Source of the DNA: Paramoeba atlantica
Taxonomy: Eukaryota; Protista; Discosea
Assembly: GCA_977017575.1 (NCBI GenBank)
Contig: CDRNVI010000053.1
Coordinates: forward strand, 868,001-932,000
Length of the DNA stretch: 64,000 nucleotides
Direction: 5' to 3'
Shown here: piece by piece, positions 53,625 through 64,000 of the stretch
How positions within the stretch are numbered: position 1 is the first letter of the stretch
Layout of the letters: every line of letters starts with the position of its first letter
The notes under the pieces: model-generated
What the model was told of the DNA's origin: nothing
Database searches by the model: none
The model's input: only the letters and a program-made list of their open reading frames with translations
Translations under genes and position numbers: made by a program

Positions 53625-54773
53625 GGGGAAAGTTACCTTGTTGAGCGTCTCTACATAGTATCTAGACAGTCTCTACACAGTATGTAGGACATACTCGTGA
53701 TAGACGAGTCAGAATGCAGAATAACCAATTGTCTCCACCCTACTCCTATGGCACCCCAAACTTGACATTTTGGCGCCCAGCGTACTTTTTAACGCGGGGC
53801 TGCTTTTTGACCGGGTGCTACCCACATATTCTTTCGGCGATCATTCGTGTCAAATATTTTTTTGTCTGTAAATACAACACGAGGTATCCATACTGTAAGT
53901 TTTTGCAAAGTTTACTCTTTTTATTTTTTGTAATTCAGTGGGGCCTTGGCACACAGGCCTAGCGCTATAATTATACCCCATATACTCAAGATCATTAAGG
54001 ACTGTGTTGTTCTACACTTTTGTACCCCTATCACGTAACTTGGCTTTAATACGCCTAGCTGAGTTAATCTTTGGCACACCGACGGGGTCTAGAGGGGTAA
54101 GAATTTTCTTTATTTCTTCGCGACTCAATACTTTTTTTTGCGGTCAGGGCTCAAAGTGTATGTTGGGGTGGGTTTTTTTCGTTCAGATATTTTCTTACAA
54201 TCCTAAGAGAAACATTACATTCGCGGGACAGCTTCCTTTTTGACACACCCTGACCGTCCCTCATCCTTAACAAAGGCTTTCCGCTATTCGTAAGCCCCCC
54301 TTTCGGTAGCCGAAAAGGAGACTTCGGCATTTTTCCGAAAAAATGAAGTTTTTCAAAAAAGGAAATCAGTTTTTTTAAAGATTTTTAAAAGAGCTGAAAA
54401 TAGCGGGAACGTACAGATCTCAAAATTTTGAACGATAATGTGGTTCCGTAATCCCCCTACACCACCCTGTGCGAATAATAAGGGTGGGTCACTTATTCGT
54501 TGGGGGGGGGTTATAAGAAACTTTATTAAGCCTGTCATAAATTGACTTTTTACATGGTGTCATTCGTGCTAAAAGAGAGCCTCAAAACGTTTTTGATCAC
54601 TTTTTCCTGTTATAGATTTTTATAGATCTATAATACTATAGCGGTGGTTGTATAACTACCGCTCTACCCTCGATTATTGAAAAAAAGTGAACAAAAACAG
54701 TGAAAATATAAGGAAGAAAACCGTAATAAACCCCGAGTAAATTTTGAAATGTGCATACGTGCTACCGGGAGTA

Positions 54774-55129
54774 CACCCCCGCCAAAAAGTATTCTCCACA
54801 AAAATGGCCGACACAAAAAGTATTGTATTTATTAGTATCGACCATTTTTTTGAGTTTTGACCAGAATTTTGGTTGTTTTTTTCGAATTTTCAGGAAATTA
54901 GCATAATGAGTTCTGATATACGCGGCCACTTGATCTCTAGGGAAGCTGAGTGATTTCTCTCCTATTTTTATGCTTCACTATACGTTTACACAGAACCGAT
55001 ATGATAATGTCCAACTTTTTGGAGGCCAGTGGCAACTCGTGGAAATCGACAAAAAGTATTGTATTTATTAGTATCGACCAAACATTCGTGGTCGATACTA
55101 ATAAATTACAATACTTTTTGGCGGGGGTG
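54774..55129. mobile_element. 356-bp MITE with TA duplication and internal 30-bp stem
   Basis: TA|CACCCCCGCCAAAAAGTATT ... AATACTTTTTGGCGGGGGTG|TA. Internal hairpin ~55051-55119. Confidence 0.8.
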
Positions 55130-55132
55130 TAT

Positions 55133-55215
55133 ACACTTCTTAAGGCGTGAGTCAAAACTTAAGACCGTATTGTCGATCACATTTTGAGATAAACAAGACC
55201 ACGTTTTGCGTATAG
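55133..55215 (-). pseudogene. second Tc1-like transposase fragment
   Basis: Translates RKTWSCLSQNVIDNTVLSFDSRLKK, against RKAWSSLPQKVIDKTVLSFDSRLKQ at 53340-53420. Confidence 0.8.
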
Positions 55216-55841
55216 TACGGGGCTTTATTACGGGACGGATTAAGAGGGGTGAAACCATTCAGGTTCGGGGTCGGTTCGCCTCGGGTCGCCTGGCGCAATC
55301 TATTCCCCCTACTTCTGCTAATTATTTTTGTTTTTTCGTCCTTTTTGTTCGCCTTTATGTTTTTTCGTTTATATAAACCCCCGCTCAAGAAAAGTAATCC
55401 CCCATTTCCGCTAACATTATACTCCCCCTCTCATTAATTTTTATAAATGACCTTTGGTATTTTTTTACAAAAATTTATATTTCTACGAAAATTTACAATT
55501 TTGTTCAGAGTCATATCCTTTTAAGTTTTTCTAAAGTACATTATTTCTATATCCTCGAAACGTTTGGACCGCACTTCGGACAACGGGCTTGGCTTTTATT
55601 TTTCCCCGCAGCGCATCGCTGATCACGAAGAAATTCGTAGAAATCAGCGCATAATCACGTTTGTGGAGACGAAGGGACAGGAAGAATTTTCTCCAGAAAG
55701 TACAGATCGGCCTTTTGTACATTAGCCCTCCCTTCATTACTCTATGGGCGCTTAAGCAAATATTTATAGTTAACATCTCATAATTATCATCCTCGCTTAC
55801 CCGCAATCTATCCTTACAGCGAAACAAATTGGTTCATCGTA

Positions 55842-57183
55842 AAGGGGGGGTACGTCTATTGTTGGCAATCATCTATTGTTGGCAAACTAATAAAATCATC
55901 TATTGTTGGCAATCTGTTATTGTTGACATTTAATTAATTTTGATTTCTTTGATCCATTGCCATGTATGACGGATAAAATCCTGGAGTCTGCTAAGGTCAA
56001 AATTTCCACTTTTTTCGAAAATTTTCGAAACTTTCCTCTTTTTCGAAGATACGTATACATCCTAAGATGTTCCTCCGAAGATACGTATGTATCCTCGTGT
56101 ATGTGAGGGGGGGCGACGGTAGTGTAAGTGATAAATGTAGCGTAAGTTACCTTGATGGCCAACAATAGATGATTTTATTGCCGTTCCATCTATTGTTGAT
56201 TAAGGGGGGTATTGTATCATCTATTGCGGTGGTTGTAAAACTACCGCTCTACACTCGATTATTGAAAAAAAAGTGAACAAAAACAGTGAAAATATAAAGA
56301 GGAACACAGTAATATAATAGAAGAAAAAAATATAAAAGGGGGCTCCGGTGGTCCAAAACTGAAAAAAAAATTTGAAAAAAATGGGGGGTCCAGGGGGGGG
56401 GGTCCAGGGGGGGGGTCCAGGGGGGGGGGCATGGTCGAGCAAATTTTTTCGAAAAAATTAGTTTTCGAAAAAAAACCGCAGAAAGGGGAGCCGGGGTCTT
56501 GGCGCGCATTTTCCACCCCCCTACCCGGGGGTGACCCCCCCGCGTATCCGCAGGACGGGTCCGCCAAGTTCGGATTTTTTCGGAAAAAATTTTTTGAAAA
56601 AAAATTCAACTTGGCGAAAAAAATGACAAAAAACATATTTTTCCAAAATCGTTTCCCCTATTGTATTTTGATAGTTTGGGACCTACACTAGCTTTCTACG
56701 CAGTTGTTTTCGCAAGGTATCACTTCTTCGAACTGTGGTGCGCCCCCCAAAATGACCCATTTTTGACTAAAAAAGGTGAAAAAGTATTTTTCGGACCTAA
56801 AGGGGCATTTTTGTGTCGAAAGAATGGTATGGTTGGAGTCGTATTCTCTACCCAATACGTTCGGTAGGCTTTCATTCATGCCTGCGAGTGATTTCCCACG
56901 CGCAAATGTCGGATTTAGTGCTCTGACAGCAAAAATACACGAAAATGACCCCATTTGTACCCGAAATTCGGCTATTTTTGGCTATAATCTTTCCGTTTTC
57001 CAGGCTAAATTTTCTTTTTTAGGCTCTTCGTTAAATGCGGCGGTAGTTTTCAACGCGAAGCGCGCAGCATGAGTGACTTCTAAGTTGAAAACAACCACCG
57101 CGTTTAACGAAGAGCCTAAAAAATTGTTGGCAATCGGCTATTGTTGGCAAAAAAAGTTGCCAACAATAGACGAGCCCCCCCTT
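55842..57183. mobile_element. TIR element (AAGGGGGGG family) with CATCTATTGTTGGCAA subterminal repeats, hosting ~890-bp copy 2
   Basis: AAGGGGGGGTACGTCTATTGTTGGCAA at the left end and the inverse TTGCCAACAATAGACGAGCCCCCCCTT at the right end. Confidence 0.7.
56224..57123 (-). mobile_element. ~890-bp element, copy 2 (inverted)
   Basis: Reverse complement of 22027-22914 with few differences. Confidence 0.9.
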
Positions 57184-57379
57184 TCATCTAACGTGTTGTA
57201 TATCACCCTCCTTCCACCTACCCTCTCTCATTAATTTTTATTTCTTTTTTAGGCTCTTCGTTACGTAAGTACAACTATGTTTCGTACATTTTCATGTAGC
57301 ATTTTAGTGTTGAACCTCCATTTTTTTCCCTAAGAAACCTAATTCGTGACGAAAAAACCTTTTAAATTGTTTTCATACG

Positions 57380-57952
57380 CTGTCTTCATGGTGGGTCCAT
57401 GGGGGGGCACACGTCGCGAAATTTTTTTCGAATTTTTTGCTTTTCAAAATCGAGCGCATGGAAGTGGTAGAGTAGGCCGTGTCGATAATTTTCCACCTCC
57501 CCCCCTTGGGGGTAGTCCCCCCCCCCCTGGTACGCTCAGGAGGGGTCCGACAAGGTCGAAATTTCCGAATTTTTTGAGGTGACCAAAAAATATATTTCTT
57601 TGACCCAAAAAAAGGCAAAAATATTCTTTTTCCAAAATCGACTCCTAAAACGTATTTTAAGAGTTTTACACCTCAGCTACCATTCTACGACGTTTCTTTC
57701 GACAGATTCGCCTCCTGCCCCTACTGGTAAGGCATCCAAAACGTCCCAAATTCGGGTTAAAATTTCGCAATTTTCGCATTAAAATCGAGGTTTTTCACCC
57801 AAAAAACTAGATTATTCATGATCTTTTGGCGATTTTTCTTTTTTAGGCTCTTCGTTAAACGCGGTGGTAGTTTTCAACGCGAAGCGTGCAGCATGAGTGA
57901 CTTCTAAGTTGAAAACAACCACCGCGTTTAACGAAGAGCCTAAAAAAGAAAA
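57380..57952 (-). mobile_element. diverged subfamily member ending in the 119-bp palindrome (57834-57952)
   Basis: The poly-G/poly-C block is homologous to 50850-51060 and 56400-56600, and the segment ends in the same palindrome. Confidence 0.65.
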
Positions 57953-59153
57953 TTATCAATTTTCGTAATGTTTCAAATAATTTGCAGAATTTTGACCCTT
58001 CTTTTTCCTTAAAAATCTTTCCTATAGTCATCTGGTGTTTTATGAAGCAAATCAGCTTAGAATTTCGAGATCTGTTGAATGCCGAAGGAATGAGATCAAA
58101 AGCTCTCACGACACAAATTTTATACTCCAGGTTATGCAAGACCTGGGTGCTATAATCCGAAATACTCTGATCATGTTCTTAAATCCTTAGTAGGATGCAC
58201 CTTGACAGGTTTTGTTTGTTTTTTTGGTAACGAACTTTATCGCGGTGCATCTTCAGATGCCGTGATTCAGGACTTGCATTCTTTCCTTCCTTTCTGAACA
58301 CATCCAATCCAAATCATTCCGGATTGCTCCGCATGGTCACTGGCAAGCCAGACCCTTCACAGACAGATTTGGAAGTTCCGAGGCCGACGTCCTCTACCAG
58401 TTTCCGCTTGTCCAAGGCGGCACCAACGTGATGTTGTCAACACGCTGCGTCGACGAACTGTACGTCAACACGGGTCACCCAAGAGGTGTAAGCCGGGTAA
58501 GGGAGCTGGTTCCCTGAGGGGAGGGTCCGGGACCGTCCTCCGAGTACTGGGCCTAGTCGGTTATCAGCCCAGCCTTTTAGAGTGAGGCCGCCAGGAATAT
58601 TGCGATGAGCGGGTTTGAACTCGCCGTCTGAGCACCATGTGCTTCAAACTTTGAGTTCTTGCCACTCCGCCACCTCCACTTCTGAACACAATGTAAAGGC
58701 ACTATCCGACGGGTACTTCTACGATTGCAACAGCGTAATTATTCCCTATGACAGGGGAGAAATATGGCCTCCTTTACCTGCGAACGAAACGCTCGACACC
58801 TACGAGCTCGAGGCAAGTGTCAAGTTGTCCTATAATGAATCTCTTGCACATTTTCGTTTTTTTTTGGCGACAGCATTGCTTGAAAATCGCTAAGTTTAGA
58901 ATAGCTCATTTCGCAGCGACCTGCTCGTTCAGCTCGAGGAGCCCGAATGGAAGGGATATATCCCAGCCACAGGACAGGCGAACCAGCATCTGGTGTCTAA
59001 GTGTTAAGTCTCTGCTACCGTACACTTGCGTCCATCTACAATCCTACTTCAGTAATGTAAGTTTCCAGAGCAGCGCAAGTTGCCACTTTGACTCGTGTAT
59101 CGGTGGCTTGAAATAGTGTTTTTAAAAATTTCCAAGTAGCCTTGTTTTGACTA

Positions 59154-59722
59154 AACCCCCCTCCCACTTAATATTTACACACTTTTATTATTTACTGGAC
59201 ACTTAATATTTACATGGACACTTATTGTTTACACACTTTTATTATTTACATGGCTTTTAATCTCTCAAAATTTTGAAAAATGTCACTGAAGCAAATTACA
59301 AAAACGCGATGAAAGCAGTTCCTACGACTCAAACGGTGCACCCGAATACTGATCGGAAAATCTATCCGATGAAGGCGTCCAACCTTCAGGTGAGCAGCCC
59401 AACCGGCCATTTTCAATGAGTCACAGCAGAGACATGAGAAAAGTAAGACTAGGAATGAATGACCCACGGCATCACATACGGAAAGGCGTTCCATCACCAG
59501 TGAAAAAACGATTTGTTGAAATGAGATTGAACGGCATGATAAAAGTGCCTCTTCTCGCCTTCAATCATGGATCGGTCAGAAAATTTTATAACACCTGCAG
59601 GAGCCAATGTAAATAATAAGTGGAATTTCCCCGTAATATTTACATGGACACTTATTATTTATACACTCTTATTATTTACCATTTTTCGCATGTACATGTA
59701 AATATTAAGTGGGAGGGGGGTC
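59154..59722. mobile_element. 569-bp MITE with TA duplication inside the RNaseH C-terminus
   Basis: TA|AACCCCCCTCCCACTTAATATTTACA ... TGTAAATATTAAGTGGGAGGGGGGTC|TA. Removal restores the frame ...PLDD-SQNK. Confidence 0.85.
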
Positions 59723-60688
59723 TATCATCTAGGGGACATCCTCGAGAGATATGGTCTTCAGCAATTTTCTCACCAGGAACCCATCGAATCTCAAGATCAA
59801 ACGCACGCTCCTTCTTAAGATTCGAAATTTTTCTAATTATTTCTCGAGCGGGAGCTGAATAACTTGCGATTAATCGCCTCTTGGATACCTCTCTCCAATG
59901 CTTTCAGTTCGAGCACAAATGCCGAAAGGGATTTATCTTGCACTGTATTGCTGACGTACCACGCATCATCCGGTCTGCCATCGTCAGAAAAGAATAGGCC
60001 TCCGATCCCCACTTTCTTGCTCGCATCTGTAGCTACCCACGCGGTAACACCGTGGTCGTTTCTGCTTGGTCGCCAGTGCCATTTTCGGGAAAAAAAAATA
60101 AGCGGAAGAACAATTTTTATCATAGTTTCCCATTTCAGAACCTCTTCGCCTGAGAGATTTCGATCCCATCCCAATGAAACATTCTCCGTTCCCCACTCCA
60201 CTAATTGCTCCATGGCGAAATCGATTTCTATTTGCGTAAGACCTGCAATTCTGTGCACCCACAGCAAACGAGAGATCCAACCAGTTGCTCTTCTGACTGA
60301 GCACCCATGTGTGCTTTCGGGTGTATCCAAACTGAGGTCATCATCCCATTTTTTCAAGGTCTTGTCACAGACTCGCCATTTCATTTCTTCCTGCTCCCAG
60401 ACATACTCGACCCCGAGAAAATCAACCCTGTAGAATGTAATCACTGAATGAGGGTCCTTCCAGATAGCATTCAAACACTTTCCATTCTTCTTCAACCTCT
60501 CTTTCCACCTGTGAGCCAGTGCAGACTCCTTTGTCGCGATTAGAATGTTATCGTAATACAGTATACCGTAATTATTCCTTGCACATGACCTTTCGTGTCC
60601 GTAAGCTGGAGAAAAAAGGGCGTTGCATCGTCACAATATCGTGGGACCCCGAGAGATGGCTGACTCTGGCTAGTTTTGAAAAGAACTA

Positions 60689-61904
60689 CTCCTCCTGCAT
60701 TAATAATGATAATCTTAAAAACAATTGTCATTCTACGTGGTGAAGACTCTTAAAAAATTATCAACTTATTTTCATGCACGCAGGATTTTCTTACAAAAAA
60801 TTTTGTGTCTTAACAAAAAGTACTTTGAACTAAAAAACTACTGGTAAGGTTTCAAAAACGGCTCAAATTCGGGTTAAAATTTTTTGGTCTGAAAATCGTG
60901 TTTTTTTGTCGAAAACTATGTACTCTCCCTGCCATTAATAATGATAATGATAATAATAGTCTTAAAACAAATCATTTTTGGGGATTATAATTTTCTTTTT
61001 TAGGCTCTTCGTTAAACGCGGTGGTTGCTTTCAACTTAGAAGTCACTCATGCTGCGCGCTTCGCGTTGAAAACTACCGCCGCGTTTAACGAAGAGCCTAA
61101 AAAAGAAAATTTAGCCTGGAAAACGGAAAGATTATAGCCAAAAATAGCCGAATTTCGGGTACAAATGGGGTCATTTTCGCATATTTTTGCTCTCAGAGCA
61201 CTAAATTCGACATTTGCGCGTGGGAAATCACTCGCAGGCATGAATGAAAGCCTACCGAACGTATTGGGTAGAGAATACGACTCCAACCATACCATTCTTT
61301 CGACACAAAAATGCCCCTTTAGGTCCGAAAAATACTTTTTCACCTTTTTTAGTCAAAAATGGGTCATTTTGGGGGGCGCACCACAGTTCGAAGAAGTGAT
61401 ACCTTGCTAAAACAACTGCGTAGAAAGCTAGTGTAGGTCCCAAACTATCAAAATACAATAGGGGAAACGATTTTGGAAAAATATTTTTTTTGTCATTTTT
61501 TTCGCCAAGTTGAAATTTTTTTCAAAAATTTTTTCCGAAAAAATCCGAACTTGGCGGACCCGTCCTGCGGATACGCGGGGGGGTCACCCCCGGGTAGCGG
61601 GGTGGAAAATGCGCGCCAAGACCCCGGCTACCCTTTCTGCAGTTTTTTTTCGAAAACTAATTTTTTCAAAAAAATTTGCTCGACCATGCCCCCCCCCTGG
61701 ACCCCCCCCATGGACCCCCCATTTTTTTCAATTTTTTTTTTCAGTTTTGGACCACCGGAGCCCCCTTTTATATTTTTTTCTTCTATTATATTACTGTGTT
61801 CCCCTTTATATTTTCACTGTTTTTGTTCACTTTTTTTTCAATAATCGAGTGTAGAGCGGTAGTTTTACAACCACCGCAATTATCATTATTAATGACAGTG
61901 GGAG
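60689..61904. mobile_element. 1216-bp composite Stowaway-like TIR element with TA duplication inside the RT
   Basis: TA|CTCCTCCTGCATTAATAATGATAAT (second copy at 60923) ... ATTATCATTATTAATGACAGTGGGAG|TA. Removal restores MCWGV-VLFKT in frame. Confidence 0.85.
60991..61879 (+). mobile_element. ~890-bp element, copy 3
   Basis: Near-identical to 22027-22914. Confidence 0.9.
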
Positions 61905-62789
61905 TACACCCCAACACATCCTGTGCGCTATAGATGCCGACCACGAGTGGCCCATGGGGAGTACTGTGGGAACCCAGGTCTTACCAAACAACAACAGTCC
62001 CATGGTACGTGCGAATAAACCATTGATTTTTATCTGATAAAACCAATGACGCAAGTCGGCTGTCACATAGTGACCAGGCCCTACGTATTGTATAGCCTTT
62101 AATATCTCTTCCGGTTGCGGGAGGCTGAGTACGGGGGGCGCTTTGGCCAATCTGCTCGCCTGCTGAGCATTCACAATCAATCTTGACTGGATAAAGGATT
62201 TCCTTATCTTGTATAGCTTCGCCCAACTCTTTATTATGGGTGGGACTCTCTTTTATGATTTTCCACTCTCTTATCAATGATGCGTCTTCCACGCTTAAGC
62301 CACTTCGAGCCTCCGTATTGTGCTTCTGATTCATAGGTGCCACACCTTCTTCAAAAAATTCCTCATTCTGAACAACTCCTATAGCGTCATGCAGCCACAG
62401 CACCTTGTTGGAAATAACCCAGTTGCGGAGACGCCCATACAGAAGACCGCCTGCGATTTTATTGGATCCAGTGGCAACTCACTCGGTTCTGAAACAGTTT
62501 TTGGACCAAGAAACAAACAGTCATGTGGGTAATCGGACATGTAATATACACCTCGCTTGCCACTCCTAGTGAAAAGAAAAAGTAATTATAATCAATGTTC
62601 CTGGGTGTGAAGCACTACATCCTTCTCTATCAACGGATTCAGTCCTAATGAGCCGCGTGTGCACTCTTCGCACATGCATTGTAATGTACACGCACATGCT
62701 CCTCTCTAGTTACATATTATGAGTATCGAGTAACTTAAAAGCATGTATGTCTCGCCCTTTTTCAAGCTAACTAACTTACAATGTCCACA

Positions 62790-63330
62790 TCGAGGCATCT
62801 AACTCAGACTTTAAGGAATGATTTCTAAGGAATGAACATTGATTTCTCAACGTTTACTTCCAAACATCTAACTTAAGGAATGATTTCTAAGGAATGAACA
62901 TTAATTTCTCAACGTTTACTTCCAAACATCTAACTTCTAACATCCGTTATCTAAACATTCAATTTTTAAGCTTCATCGTCAAAGCATCTAACTCAGACCT
63001 CACCGAATCTCTTAACATACAGGGGCATGCTTCGAAGCATCTAACTTCTATCATCCGTTATCCAAACGTCTAACTTCTAAACTACAAGCATCTAATTCAG
63101 ACCTCAAGGATACTGACTTCTCAACGTCTGTCTCCAAAGTTTGGAAACTAAACTTTAACTTCTGACGTCCGTCATCTAAGCATCTAACTTCCAGACTTCA
63201 AAATCAAAGCGTAGAAGTTCTAAACTTCTAAACATTAACTTTTCTACATCTAGTCACTCAACCTCTAATTCTAAACATCGAACTCATGATCTTCTAATGG
63301 TTAACTTCTCATCATATGCCTTCTAAATGA
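62790..63330. repeat. degenerate minisatellite-like region built on CATCTAACT, including a ~62-bp tandem duplication
   Basis: The motif recurs about ten times, and TAAGGAATGATTTCTAAGGAATGAACATT...CAAACATCTAACT is duplicated at ~62812-62935. Confidence 0.7.
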
Positions 63331-63492
63331 CTAACTCGCAGATTTAGTCTCATTCTGAAGTCAGCTTCATATCCGGGGACACATGAATCCTCTCTTGGTT
63401 AATCGCCTATTGCGATCATAAGCCAGAGCGCCACGACAAGGCGGAGGATTGAGCTCTGGTTAAAAGACAAGAAGTAACTTTGCAGAATTATA

Positions 63493-63675
63493 TTGTCCCC
63501 CCTCCCCTTAAGCGCACCCGGTCAGACCCCCCCGTTTGAGCGCACATAGAGTTGAAGGAAAGAGCCCGGCGCCGCGAAGCGGTTCCAAATTTCTTTTTAC
63601 GCAGTGATTCAGACCCCCCCCCCGTTTAAGCGCACTTTTCTCGGAAAACGAGGTGCTCTTAACCGGGGGGGACAA
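63493..63675. mobile_element. 183-bp MITE with TA duplication inserted in a 20-bp tandem array
   Basis: TA|TTGTCCCCCC ... GGGGGGACAA|TA. The empty site reconstitutes the array unit. Confidence 0.75.
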
Positions 63676-63780
63676 TATGTAACTTTGCAGATTAATATGT
63701 AACTTTGCAGATTAATATGTAACTTTGCAGAATTATATGCAAATGCAGAAATATATGTAAATGCAGAAATATATGTAAAT
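63676..63780. repeat. tandem repeats: AATATGTAACTTTGCAGATT (20 bp) x3, then TATATGTAAATGCAGAAA (18 bp) x2-3
   Basis: Read directly. A further partial unit lies left of the MITE at ~63473-63492. Confidence 0.85.
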
Positions 63781-64000
63781 TGTAAGTTGTTGCACAAATT
63801 ACAACTAATTTTACAAGTTCACACAAATACACGTATACACGTATGTAAGTCACTTGTTTCATCTGTATAGACCCCTAGATCATGATTTTCTCGTTACAAA
63901 ATAGATTTTTTTGGCAGAATAGGGGTATTCTTTCGATGCAATTTGCAAACCAGTTCACGCGCACAATCATCGAGGGCAGCTTGCACTTTTTCTATATAGA

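Larger units (their letters stand above)
59036..62520 (-). pseudogene. DIRS-order (VIPER/TATE/Ngaro-like) retrotransposon RT-RNaseH ORF, disrupted
   Basis: WAKLYKIRKS..SRLIVNA, ADLRHWFYQI, VLPMGHSWSASIAH, (Y)YDNILI, VDFLG, VATDAS, ELKAL, IRWVPGEKIAEDHISRG, stop at 59036-59038. The 5' boundary is approximate. Confidence 0.85.

Noticed and set aside
59864-60433. 189-aa plus-strand ORF
   Set aside because: It is antisense to the RT-RNaseH, which carries the recognisable motifs.

Overview
Eukaryotic nuclear DNA, almost certainly from a kinetoplastid. A deep-branching, Perkinsela-like lineage is my inference, not a database result. Positions 1-49.6 kb hold about 26 intronless genes, all on the + strand, as in a polycistronic unit: RWDD1, mitochondrial bS18m, a CDK-like kinase, FIP1, a bromodomain-ET protein, an IMP peptidase, two LRR paralogs, a kDNA family-A polymerase, CstF-77, RPL3, CCA-adding enzyme, SPT16, SDHAF4, RAE1, UBA2, a polyamine-type APC transporter and a PDI-D. 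LSM4 is stranded inside a repeat island. Transposon islands occur at 21.9-23.5 kb, 41.6-45.8 kb and 49.7-64 kb. They contain a pogo-like DD35D transposase, a Tc1-like DD35E transposase and a DIRS-order (VIPER/TATE-like) RT-RNaseH, all broken by nested TA-flanked MITEs, plus a young ~890-bp element with a palindromic end that inserts at A^T. The most unusual signal is a recurring GC-rich island in which synonymous codon choice flips from C/A-ending to G/T-ending in the middle of conserved genes (bS18m, RPL3, RAE1, weaker elsewhere). All protein calls are by motif recognition by eye; no searches were run.
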